The position numbers and the translations under genes were made by a program. Of a stretch of 57,363 nt of DNA, positions 1 through 8,081 are shown one piece after another. The notes below the pieces were generated by a model. It ran no database searches, was not told where the DNA came from, and worked only from the letters and a program-made list of their open reading frames with translations. The stretch covers positions 1 to 57,363 of the forward strand of contig JANOQV010000032.1 of NCBI GenBank assembly GCA_031414955.1. The letters are read 5' to 3'. How positions within the stretch are numbered: position 1 is the first letter of the stretch; each line of letters starts with the position of its first letter. The stretch comes from Pedosphaera sp. (lineage in GTDB: Bacteria > Verrucomicrobiota > Verrucomicrobiia > Limisphaerales > SIBH01).

Positions 1-1
1 G

Positions 2-649
2 AACCACGCCGCGCCGAACTTCCGCGTGCTCGTGGTCGGCAATCCCTGCAACACCAACTGCTGGATCGCCATGAACAGCGCCCAAAAAGTCGGCGGCGCG
101 AACTTTGACGCTTCGCGCTGGCACGCCATGACGCGCCTCGATGAAAACCGCGCCAAGTCGCAGCTCGCCAAGAAGGCCGGCGTCGATGTCACCGCCGTGA
201 CGAACGTCGCCATCTGGGGCAACCATTCCGCCACGCAGTATCCCGATTTCTTCAACGCGAAGATCAGTGGCCGCCCCGCCACCGAGGTCATCACCGACGA
301 GGCGTGGCTCAAGGGCGACTTCATCGCCAGTGTGCAGCAGCGCGGTGCGGCCATCATCAAGGCGCGCGGTTCGAGCAGCGCGGCCAGTGCGGCGAACGCG
401 GTCGTGGATTCGGTGCGCTCCATCATCACGCCCACGCCGGCGGGCGATTTCATCAGCGTGTGCGTGCCCTCGGATGGCAGCTATGGAGTGGAGGCGGGCA
501 TCATCTGTTCCTTCCCGCTGCGCAGCAACGGCCAGAAGCTGGAGATCGTTCAAGGCGTGCCGGTGAATGAATTCAGCCAGGGCAAGATCAACGCCACGAT
601 CAACGAGTTGAAGGAAGAGCGCGACCTCGTGCGCGACTTGTTGAACTAG
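2..649 (+). CDS. mdh: Malate dehydrogenase (5'-truncated by window edge)
   Basis: Motifs [30 protein letters not shown] and [19 protein letters not shown] are typical of MDH type 2. The frame is open from position 2. Confidence 0.95.
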   Translation, partial: NHAAPNFRVLVVGNPCNTNCWIAMNSAQKVGGANFDASRWHAMTRLDENRAKSQLAKKAGVDVTAVTNVAIWGNHSATQYPDFFNAKISGRPATEVITDEAWLKGDFIASVQQRGAAIIKARGSSSAASAANAVVDSVRSIITPTPAGDFISVCVPSDGSYGVEAGIICSFPLRSNGQKLEIVQGVPVNEFSQGKINATINELKEERDLVRDLLN

Positions 650-665
650 AACGGATTTCCGAAAT

Positions 666-706
666 AACCCGGCGTGGCTTCGGGCGCGCCGGGTTGTTCG
701 TTGTTT
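666..706 (+). terminator. Putative intrinsic terminator after mdh
   Basis: Hairpin AACCCGGCGTG...CGCGCCGGGTT followed by a T-rich tail. Confidence 0.5.
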
Positions 707-725
707 AGAAAGATTGCCCGTGATC

Positions 726-828
726 GGTAGGGCGGCGCTGTCCGAGCGCGCCGGGGTGAGGTGTGGGAAAGTTCCGAAGCGCTCGTTTCATTTCGGAGCG
801 CGGCGCGGTGAGGACACCGCGCCCTACC
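726..828. repeat. GTAG-type REP-like inverted doublet
   Basis: GGTAGGGCGGCGCTGTCCGAGCGCGCCG and inverted CGGCGCGGTGAGGACACCGCGCCCTACC, between convergent genes. Confidence 0.7.
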
Positions 829-842
829 ACCGCTTTCACGAG

Positions 843-1946
843 TTACGGCGCTGATTTCTTCAACAACTTTGCCAGGTGCTTCTCCCAAATCGCCGGCATC
901 GTGTGCGTGCCGTGGCCGCGCGTGCGGTCACTCTCGGGAATCATCACTGCCGCGCCGCGTTTCACCCGCTTGATCTCGCGTTCCAGCACGCCCAACTCTG
1001 GCGGGTTGATCAAATCATCGGCGAAATTCACTGCGATGAGCGGCGCCTTGATTTTTTCCAGCCCCGGACCCGGATTGTAATCCCGCGAGGCCTCGAGCGC
1101 GTAGAGCACGTCGTTGGCGTCGAGTCGCTTCATCGCGCCGTCCACGTAGGCGTCGAGCGCCTTGTCGGCGATTGCGAGCGTCGGTGCGTCCTTCAACCGC
1201 TGCGTCGGGTTTGATCCCATGAACCAAAGCACTTCATGCGCGACGCGGGCACCGGCGGGCTGCTTGGTGTACTCGCCGTTTTTCCAATCCGGGTCACCAC
1301 GGATGGAGTCGATGATCATGCGGCGCCAGACACGATTGCGACCGGAGATCTCCGTGGGCAAACACGCCAGCGGCAGGAGCGCGTCCATAAAGTCGGGATG
1401 CGTCTCGCCCCAGACCCACGTGTGCATGCCGCCCATCGACGTGCCCATGACCAGCCGCAGATGATTCACGCCCAAGCCCTCGGTGAGCAACCGATACTGC
1501 GCCTGCACCATGTCGTCGTAGCCGTACTTGGGGAACTTGGCGCGCCGCCCGTCGCTCGGCTTGCTCGACTTGCCGTGGCCGAGGTTGTCGGGGATGACGA
1601 TGAAGTAGCGCGCCGCATCCAGCAGTTGTCCTTTGCCGAACAGCACGCCGGTGAAGTTGGTCACGAGAAACTGCGCGCTGCTCCCCGTCGTGCCGTGCAG
1701 CACGATGACCGCGTTGCGCACGACCCCCTTCGCATCGCGCTGCGGAGTGCCGAACGTGACGTAATGCATCCGCACCTCGGGAAGCGCATCGCCGGACTGG
1801 AACTTGAAATCGCGGATTACGTAGTCGCTGTGTCGCGGCTCAACCACTTCCGCCGCCGGCGAAGCGTCGGCGAATGCGAGCAGCAGGATCGCGAAGGTCG
1901 AACAAGGCCAACTTGGAGCAACGCCGAATGAAGTGCGGGTAAACAT
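843..1946 (-). CDS. Secreted alpha/beta hydrolase, homoserine O-acetyltransferase (MetX)-like family
   Basis: GTSMGG nucleophile elbow, LHGTTG, GHGTH and an N-terminal signal peptide. Confidence 0.85.
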   Translation of the reverse strand: MFTRTSFGVAPSWPCSTFAILLLAFADASPAAEVVEPRHSDYVIRDFKFQSGDALPEVRMHYVTFGTPQRDAKGVVRNAVIVLHGTTGSSAQFLVTNFTGVLFGKGQLLDAARYFIVIPDNLGHGKSSKPSDGRRAKFPKYGYDDMVQAQYRLLTEGLGVNHLRLVMGTSMGGMHTWVWGETHPDFMDALLPLACLPTEISGRNRVWRRMIIDSIRGDPDWKNGEYTKQPAGARVAHEVLWFMGSNPTQRLKDAPTLAIADKALDAYVDGAMKRLDANDVLYALEASRDYNPGPGLEKIKAPLIAVNFADDLINPPELGVLEREIKRVKRGAAVMIPESDRTRGHGTHTMPAIWEKHLAKLLKKSAP

Positions 1947-2041
1947 GCCGCGAATCTAACGAGCCCAAGACATGACGTTAGAACTGACCCCTTCACGACC
2001 CCTTGACGGGCCTGAAATCAAGCGACGGTTTCATGTTCGAG

Positions 2042-2176
2042 TCAACGATGCCCTTTTGAGTAACAGTCGGGGCAGACTCTAATTGACTTCACGCCGCCGT
2101 GTTTGGCACCGCAGACTTTGCAGGTCAGAACAGGCGACTTACCGTAGAGTTTGGCGTGGCTGGGGGTGTGTTTCAT
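2042..2176 (-). CDS. 44-aa putative zinc-ribbon microprotein (not in ORF track)
   Basis: Hand translation MKHTPSHAKLYGKSPVLTCKVCGAKHGGVKSIRVCPDCYSKGHR*. It has two CxxC pairs, and its ATG lies about 10 nt after the stop of the co-oriented upstream gene. Confidence 0.65.
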   Translation of the reverse strand: MKHTPSHAKLYGKSPVLTCKVCGAKHGGVKSIRVCPDCYSKGHR

Positions 2177-2185
2177 GATGTGTGT

Positions 2186-2542
2186 TCAAATCTCGAACGT
2201 TTGTTCGCCGCCGAATGTGGCCATGACCTCAAGTAAGTTCTTCATGTTGCCGCATCCTTTCTTCATGGCTTCTTCGAGTTCGAGCAGCGTATTGATGTCG
2301 TCGGTCTGGACGGTCTCTCCTCTGATAATTCCATCAACCGTAATTTGAAAGTTGATGGGTTCTTTTCCTCTTACCTCCCTCTGGTAGCTGGCGAGGGAGT
2401 ATTCGCCGACCTTGTATTTGGCGATTAGCGCCTTTTCTTCGTTGGTGATGTCGCAGCGGCCGTATAGACTGAAGTTGACACCTTTGTGGCCTCCGAAGAG
2501 GCCTTTTACGTCTGCTTGGTTCCGTTTGATAGTTAGTTTCAT
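2186..2542 (-). CDS. Hypothetical protein, 118 aa (low-GC islet)
   Basis: ATG-started ORF with globular-looking composition and an A-rich leader, co-oriented with its neighbours. Confidence 0.8.
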   Translation of the reverse strand: MKLTIKRNQADVKGLFGGHKGVNFSLYGRCDITNEEKALIAKYKVGEYSLASYQREVRGKEPINFQITVDGIIRGETVQTDDINTLLELEEAMKKGCGNMKNLLEVMATFGGEQTFEI

Positions 2543-2655
2543 GAGGTTATTTTATTGTGGTTGTTCTTTTTGGTTGTTGCCGACAAAATCGTGGTCATAC
2601 AGGTGTTCCTTGAATTCGTTCTCTAATTGATTGCTCATAGTTTGTTTCTTAATGG

Positions 2656-3495
2656 TTAGACGGTCGGTGAACTATCGAGCTTTTGTAGCGCATCAGTGAA
2701 TTCTTTTGCCGCAGCCTTAATTGAAGACATCATGGGGACAATCAACGACCTAAGAAGCGCTTCATCCGGCATACTGCCTTCTGCGGCCAAGACCATGGCA
2801 ACAGACGCGCGGACGACGTTATACTTTTCACTGAGCGTCAATCGTGCTAAATGTCGCGATGAATCGAGTTCGCAATTAGCAGTATTGCAGGCTCGTAAGA
2901 GATCTTCACGCGCGCGAGTATTCTTAGGATCTGAAAAGACAACACCGGTGAGTTTCATGAACTCCGGATTGTATTCTCTGAGATTAAGCTCCATTTCGCC
3001 TAAGTCCGAGTCTGTGAATAGTATCCATCCCATGTCGTCAATAGTGGCTGGCAGATCAAGCTCTTCTTGTACGATATATTGATGGAGCTCAGAAAGCTCT
3101 TGGTTATAGTCTGGCATTGTTTCCTCCATTTTGGGGTCGGTAAGATCGCAACTGGCGGTTTCAGAGTTCCCCCATTTCATACCACGCTTTTCAGCGGCGT
3201 CCATGACGGGAGTAAGCACATTGTCGGTAATGGCATTTGCGAGTTTCTTCGCTTTGCCCGGAGAGACCCCTACTTCCTTGGTCAAATTTTCGACAAGGTC
3301 TCGAGCGCTCTGAATTCCAACAAGCGCCATCATCCCCTCAGCGATAAAGGATTTCTGTTGTTGAGGCGAGAGTTGATGTTCTCCCGCAATGGTCTCGAGA
3401 CGCGCGCGCCACTCGACTTCCTTTAGAGCTTGCTGTAGGGCCGTCGGCAGCGAGTTGATTGCTTCCTCAACAAGTTCGGCTGTTTCGTCGCTCAT
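2656..3495 (-). CDS. Hypothetical two-domain protein; C-terminal half YbjN/CesT-chaperone-like
   Basis: 279-aa ORF. The C-terminal LLRACNTANCEL...ARLTL pattern recalls YbjN/T3SS-chaperone folds (recollection, not searched). Confidence 0.7.
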   Translation of the reverse strand: MSDETAELVEEAINSLPTALQQALKEVEWRARLETIAGEHQLSPQQQKSFIAEGMMALVGIQSARDLVENLTKEVGVSPGKAKKLANAITDNVLTPVMDAAEKRGMKWGNSETASCDLTDPKMEETMPDYNQELSELHQYIVQEELDLPATIDDMGWILFTDSDLGEMELNLREYNPEFMKLTGVVFSDPKNTRAREDLLRACNTANCELDSSRHLARLTLSEKYNVVRASVAMVLAAEGSMPDEALLRSLIVPMMSSIKAAAKEFTDALQKLDSSPTV

Positions 3496-3545
3496 GTTTT
3501 GCGCTCGTGTTGGTAAATGAACTGGATTTGCAGCGGAGAGATTTA

Positions 3546-3689
3546 TTAGCTATCTCTCACTTTGCCTTCGCCGATGCACCGCTTGCATTTTTCGCCCTTT
3601 GAATCTTTGCCTCTGCCGCCGCAAGATGGGCATGTAACGAGTTTAGGTTTTTCAGGTCGTCCTGGTGGTCTTTCAAAAGGATTGCTCAT
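3546..3689 (-). CDS. 47-aa DnaJ-type zinc-finger microprotein (not in ORF track)
   Basis: Hand translation MSNPFERPPGRPEKPKLVTCPSCGGRGKDSKGEKCKRCIGEGKVRDS*, with two CxxCxGxG motifs. Confidence 0.75.
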   Translation of the reverse strand: MSNPFERPPGRPEKPKLVTCPSCGGRGKDSKGEKCKRCIGEGKVRDS

Positions 3690-3743
3690 AATTTATTTCG
3701 GATTTCCTAGTGTTCAGAGTTTTGTCGGCCTAAATAGTCACCA

Positions 3744-3971
3744 TCAAGAATTGTGGCGTGACCAGTGGTGGCCACAAACCCCGCAAGTTTGACCATCCCC
3801 GCTTTTTTTATAGCCCTTACAACTACATGACAGGCAAGCACCCCAACCGGCAAAGACAGAGTCTTGCTCTTGTGGGGCATTACGGGATGAGCGCATGAAC
3901 ATCGTCACGTCTGGAAGTGCGGTCATGCGCCTCGGCGCGACTCTCGGTGCTGTGATTTCTTGTGTCGTCAT
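3744..3971 (-). CDS. 75-aa Cys/His-rich small protein (CxxCxC...CxxCGHxxxxH)
   Basis: C-terminus GACLSCSCKGYKKSGDGQTCGVCGHHWSRHNS. ATG 3971 follows an A-rich leader; alternative start at 4064. Confidence 0.65.
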   Translation of the reverse strand: MTTQEITAPRVAPRRMTALPDVTMFMRSSRNAPQEQDSVFAGWGACLSCSCKGYKKSGDGQTCGVCGHHWSRHNS

Positions 3972-4079
3972 TTGTTTTCTTTCGTTTTTTGTGTTGTGGT
4001 TTGTGAAACGGCCAAGGCGTGGTGCGTTCACCGGTGGCACTTTAGGCTGGTTCTCATTTCTCATGTTTCCGCCATGTTC

Positions 4080-4742
4080 TTAGCCCGCAATGGTCCAGCT
4101 CGACACCGCGCTGCACGGGCCGCGCTGGCCGGTGCTGTTCTCCCAGCAGACGGCCCAGTGCGCGGTCTTGCCCGCGTCGGCTTCGGCGAAGGAGTAGAGA
4201 TAGGGCGTGGCGGTGTCGGCCGCGACTTCCGGCATATCGGACGGGCCGGTGGGGGCGGTGCCGATCTTGAGGAGCAGGATGGCGCGCTTCACGCCGGCCG
4301 GTTTGGCTTTCGAGCCGGGAGTATTTTCATCCACCCAATGCACGATGTGGATGAGGCGCTGGCCGCCATCGACTTTCACGATCACGGGTTTGCTGGCGGG
4401 CGGGCCGGCGGTGGTGGCGGTGGTGTCGAGGGGCGGCAGGCCGAGGCTGGCGCGCTGGACGGCGGTGGTCTCGCGGCGGCCCATGATTTCGCCGGTGAGC
4501 AGGCGCCATTCGGCGACCATCGTTTCGAGCCGGTCGCGGTAGGTCTGGTAGATGGGCGCACCCTGGGCTTCGTAGGTGTTCTTGGCCGCGCGGGCGGTGG
4601 TATAATTGGAGACGATGCTCAGGAAGGCGTCCTTCTTGGCGGTGGTCACGCCGAGGGCGGCGAAGTCGGAGTTGAGAAAGCCCGTGTAGGTGGTCAGGAG
4701 GGCGTCGCGGGCGGCTTCTTCGGTGGGGATCCAGTCAGGCAT
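4080..4742 (-). CDS. Hypothetical protein: helical N-terminus plus FN3/Ig-like C-terminal domain
   Basis: 220 aa with host-like high GC3. Begins MPDWIP and ends with a beta-rich WAVCWENSTGQRGPCS, resembling the FN3 terminal strand motif. Confidence 0.85.
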   Translation of the reverse strand: MPDWIPTEEAARDALLTTYTGFLNSDFAALGVTTAKKDAFLSIVSNYTTARAAKNTYEAQGAPIYQTYRDRLETMVAEWRLLTGEIMGRRETTAVQRASLGLPPLDTTATTAGPPASKPVIVKVDGGQRLIHIVHWVDENTPGSKAKPAGVKRAILLLKIGTAPTGPSDMPEVAADTATPYLYSFAEADAGKTAHWAVCWENSTGQRGPCSAVSSWTIAG

Positions 4743-4794
4743 AGGTTTTTTTGGGGTTGAGTTAAGTGCTGTGAAATCAGTTTTGTACGACGAT

Positions 4795-5088
4795 ATTCCA
4801 GGGCATATTCGGGATAATCCCGGGTGGATTCAGGGCATTCCGAGGAGGGGTCAGGCCGTTCCCAGGAAGGACGCCACAGGGTCTGGGAAGGGTGGTCAAA
4901 TGCCCAGACTTGGCATCGCCGGGCCGGGGAGTGCCGGGGCGGTGCCTGGGAATGACGCCGCCCGGCCGGGGAACGGCGAGGCGATTCCGCGGAGGCACGG
5001 GATGGGGTCTGGGGAAAACAGATCCGTTCCTCGGGGTGAAAGCATTTCCCTGGGCCGCGCCGGAATCGTTCAAAGGGGAACGAGGCAT
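4795..5088. repeat. Degenerate 21-bp-phased array (about 14 units, core near TTCCNNGGAA)
   Basis: Units start at 4795, 4816, 4837, 4858, 4879, 4900, 4921, 4942, 4963, 4984, 5005 and 5026: attccaggg, aatcccggg, attccgagg, gttcccagg, gggtctggg, atgcccaga, gggccgggg, gtgcctggg, cggccgggg, attccgcgg, gggtctggg, gttcctcgg. Confidence 0.8.
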
Positions 5089-5264
5089 GGGCGGAGGTTG
5101 CGCCTCGCCCCCCGCGAGGGCAAGAAGTTTTTGGGGGCGGAAGTAAAAAGGGGGTGCATCTGCAAGATGCACCCGGAGCCGCGGCGGACTCTGATTTTGG
5201 TTGGACGCTGCCTTTCGCGCGCTGCTAGCGTCCGCGCGTTTCCCGAATCGAACGCGCGCAAACT

Positions 5265-6008
5265 ATGAGCACATCCACGGCCCAGTTCCTCGCTGAAGTC
5301 TTTGGCACCATGCTGCTCGTCCTGCTCGGCGATGGCGTCGTTGCCAACGTCCTGCTCAACAAATCCAAAGGCCAGAACGCCGGCTGGATCGTCATCACCG
5401 CCGGCTGGGCCTTGGCCGTCACCGTGGGCGTGTACGCGACCTACTCGATCAGCGGCGCGCACTTGAATCCCGCCGTGACCATCGCCATGGCCTGCATCGG
5501 CAAGTTCGCCTGGGCCAGCGTGCCGCTCTATATCGCGGCGCAACTGATCGGCGCGATGCTCGGTGCCGCGCTCGTCTGGCTCGCGTATTTGCCGCACTGG
5601 GCCGTGACCGAAGACAAGGGCGCGAAGCTCGGCGTCTTCTGCACCGCGCCGGGCATCCGCCATCCCGTCTCGAACTTGATCTGCGAAGCCATCGGCACGG
5701 CCGTGCTCGTGCTCGCGCTGCTGACCATGATGACGCCCGAGAACCTGGTCCCGAATTCCGGCTTCAAGAACGGCTTCGCGCCGATGCTCGTCGGCGTGAT
5801 CGTGTGGGCGATTGGCCTGTCGCTCGGCGGCCCGACGGGCTACGCGATCAATCCGGCCCGCGACCTCGGCCCGCGCCTCGCGCACTTCCTCCTGCCCATC
5901 GCCGGCAAGGGCCACTCGGACTGGAGCTACGCGTGGATTCCGGTGGTGGGGCCGATCCTCGGCGGCGTGGCTGGGGCGCTGTTTTACAAACTCTGCTGGC
6001 CGGTGTGA
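5265..6008 (+). CDS. glpF: Glycerol uptake facilitator (MIP aquaglyceroporin)
   Basis: SGAHLNPAVT and GYAINPARD NPA motifs; directly upstream of glpK. Confidence 0.95.
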   Translation: MSTSTAQFLAEVFGTMLLVLLGDGVVANVLLNKSKGQNAGWIVITAGWALAVTVGVYATYSISGAHLNPAVTIAMACIGKFAWASVPLYIAAQLIGAMLGAALVWLAYLPHWAVTEDKGAKLGVFCTAPGIRHPVSNLICEAIGTAVLVLALLTMMTPENLVPNSGFKNGFAPMLVGVIVWAIGLSLGGPTGYAINPARDLGPRLAHFLLPIAGKGHSDWSYAWIPVVGPILGGVAGALFYKLCWPV

Positions 6009-6011
6009 AAA

Positions 6012-6093
6012 GGGTTGAGAGTTGAAAGTTGAGTGTTGAGAGCAACACCAGCTTTCCGACTCTCAACCTTCAACTCTCAACTCTCAACATCCC
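6012..6093. repeat. Inverted heptamer array (GTTGAGA / TCTCAAC) hairpin
   Basis: GGGTTGAGAGTTGAAAGTTGAGTGTTGAGAG ... CTCTCAACCTTCAACTCTCAACTCTCAACATCCC fills the glpF-glpK spacer. Confidence 0.85.
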
Positions 6094-6095
6094 TT

Positions 6096-7580
6096 ATGAA
6101 ATACATCCTCGCCCTCGATCAGGGCACGACCAGTTCGCGCGCCATTGTCTTCGATCATCACGGCTCGGTCGTGGCCGTGGCCCAACAGGAGTTTCGCCAA
6201 ATTTTTCCCCAGCCCGGCTGGGTCGAGCACGACGCGCGCGAAATCTGGGCCACGCAGTCCAACGTCGCGGCCGCCGCCGTGAACAAGGCGCGGCTGACGG
6301 CCAACGACATCGCCGCCATCGGCATTACCAACCAGCGCGAAACCACCGTGGTCTGGGACCGCGCCACCGGGCAGCCTATAGGCAACGCCATCGTCTGGCA
6401 GGATCGTCGCACCGCTGCGGCCTGCGACCGTCTCCGCGCGCGTGGTCTGGCGAAAATGATTCGCCGCAAGACTGGTCTCGTCGTGGACGCCTATTTCTCC
6501 GGCACCAAGCTGCAATGGATTTTGAACAACGTGCCCGGCGCGAAGGCAAAAGCCCGCGCCGGCCAGCTCGCCTTCGGCACGATCGACTCCTGGCTGGTCT
6601 GGAATCTCACCGGCGGACGCCAGCACGTCACCGATCCGAGCAATGCTTCGCGCACGATGCTCTTCAACATCCACACCGGCGACTGGGATGATGAACTGCT
6701 GAAATTGTTCGGCGTGCCGCGCTCGATTCTTCCCGAGGTGCGTTCGTCGAGCGAAGTCTATGGCGAGAGCAACCTGCTCGGCGCACCCATTCCCATCGCC
6801 GGCATCGCGGGCGATCAGCAGGCGGCGCTGTTCGGCCAGGTTTGCACCAGGCCCGGCATGGTGAAGAACACCTACGGCACCGGTTGCTTCATGCTCATGC
6901 ACACCGGCTCGAAACCGATTGCCTCGCGCAACAACCTGCTCACCACCGTGGCCTGGCGCATTGGTGGCAAGACGGAATACGCGCTCGAAGGCAGCATCTT
7001 CATCGCGGGCGCGGTGGTGCAATGGCTGCGCGACGGTCTCGGCATCATTGCTTCCTCTGCTGAGGTTGAAAGCCTCGCGTCGCAAGTTCCCGATAACGGC
7101 GGTGTGTATGTCGTCCCCGCCTTCGCCGGACTCGGCGCGCCGCATTGGGATCAATACGCCCGCGGCACCATCGTGGGGCTGACGCGCGGCTCGACGCGTG
7201 CCCACATCGCGCGCGCCGCGCTGGAAGGCATCGCGTATCAAGTCACCGATGTGCTGCACGCGATGGAAAGCGACGCGAAGGTTCGGTTGAAGGAACTGCG
7301 CGTCGATGGCGGCGCCTGCGCGAACAACCTGCTCATGCAGTTCCAGGCCGACTTGCTCCGCGTGCCCGTGGTGCGCCCGCGTATTTCTGAAACCACGGCC
7401 TTGGGCGCGGCGTATCTCGCCGGTCTCGCCGTGGGCTACTGGAAGAACCCCGGAGAGATCGCCTCGCAATGGCAGACCGACCGGCGCTTCGTGCCCGCCA
7501 TGCCCGCGGCGACGCGCAAGAAACTGATGGCTGGCTGGGCCAAGGCGCTGGGAAGGTCCAAGGACTGGGCTGAAAGCTGA
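6096..7580 (+). CDS. glpK: Glycerol kinase
   Basis: [43 protein letters not shown] and RVDGGA. True start is ATG 6096. Confidence 0.97.
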   Translation: MKYILALDQGTTSSRAIVFDHHGSVVAVAQQEFRQIFPQPGWVEHDAREIWATQSNVAAAAVNKARLTANDIAAIGITNQRETTVVWDRATGQPIGNAIVWQDRRTAAACDRLRARGLAKMIRRKTGLVVDAYFSGTKLQWILNNVPGAKAKARAGQLAFGTIDSWLVWNLTGGRQHVTDPSNASRTMLFNIHTGDWDDELLKLFGVPRSILPEVRSSSEVYGESNLLGAPIPIAGIAGDQQAALFGQVCTRPGMVKNTYGTGCFMLMHTGSKPIASRNNLLTTVAWRIGGKTEYALEGSIFIAGAVVQWLRDGLGIIASSAEVESLASQVPDNGGVYVVPAFAGLGAPHWDQYARGTIVGLTRGSTRAHIARAALEGIAYQVTDVLHAMESDAKVRLKELRVDGGACANNLLMQFQADLLRVPVVRPRISETTALGAAYLAGLAVGYWKNPGEIASQWQTDRRFVPAMPAATRKKLMAGWAKALGRSKDWAES

Positions 7581-7610
7581 ACTGCGCTGCGGTTCAGGTG
7601 GTTGCCTAAA

Positions 7611-8018
7611 CCCGAACGCCGAAGTTGGCCACAAAGAACACAAAGAGCACAAAGAGAGACGGGCTGATCGGAAAGAGGAATGGGTGATCGGTTTTAGCCG
7701 CTCCACTCCTGCTTTGCTCCTGTCTCTGTGTTCTTTGCGTTCTTTGTGGCCATTCCACTTCGGAAATCGGGCTAAAATCCGCTTGTCGTCGGAAAAGGCT
7801 GACGCGGCCTTCCCCTCACCCCGGCCCTACCCCTGAATCGGTGCGCGGACTTTCCTGTCCGCAGCAACGTGGTGACGACGAGCGGTCTCGAATCTGACGG
7901 GAGCCTGCCGATGGTCGGGGGTTGCTGCGGACAGGAATGTCCGCGCTCCCCCGGTTCAGGGGCACAAATCGTGAACGCTCGTTCGTGGAATCTCTCCCGG
8001 AGGGCCGGGGTGAGGGGG
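7611..8018. repeat. Composite of nested palindromic elements between convergent genes
   Basis: GGCCACAAAGAACACAAAG.../...CTTTGCGTTCTTTGTGGCC pair, followed by CCCCTCACCCCGGCCCT...AGGGCCGGGGTGAGGGG arms enclosing CCCCTGAATCG...CGGTTCAGGGG and a REP-like doublet (7840-7950). Confidence 0.8.
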
Positions 8019-8081
8019 AACACAGCGGCCGAATCGTGGCGCGTTCCCAAATCGAACGACGCCGATGTTGCGGCCCAGCGC

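Noticed and set aside
1955..1982. TCTAACG...CGTTAGA as an integron attC site
   Set aside because: Only 28 bp, too short for attC. No other attC between islet genes and no integrase.
2552..2638. 28-aa ORF MSNQLENEFKEHLYDHDFVGNNQKEQPQ on the minus strand
   Set aside because: It fits the spacer and has an A-rich leader, but has no motif and is too short to support.
4795..5088. 21-bp arrays (also 32674-32940) as CRISPR arrays
   Set aside because: The period is far too short, there are no conserved 23-47-bp repeats with spacers, and there are no cas genes.
4690..5268. ORF-track peptides over the array (192 aa +, 131 aa -)
   Set aside because: Low-complexity G/P/R heptads follow from the DNA period, and the + ORF overlaps the real gene on the other strand. 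Translation is not fully excluded.
6033..6095. Upstream extensions of glpK, glutaredoxin, YdcF, GT11 and the last GT4 in the ORF track
   Set aside because: The extensions translate repeat DNA or overlap upstream genes; downstream starts match family N-termini.
6084..7706. Long antisense ORFs (also 27385-28734, 30131-31528, 52960-54654, 55864-56919)
   Set aside because: They are high-GC shadows opposite well-supported genes and have no motifs.
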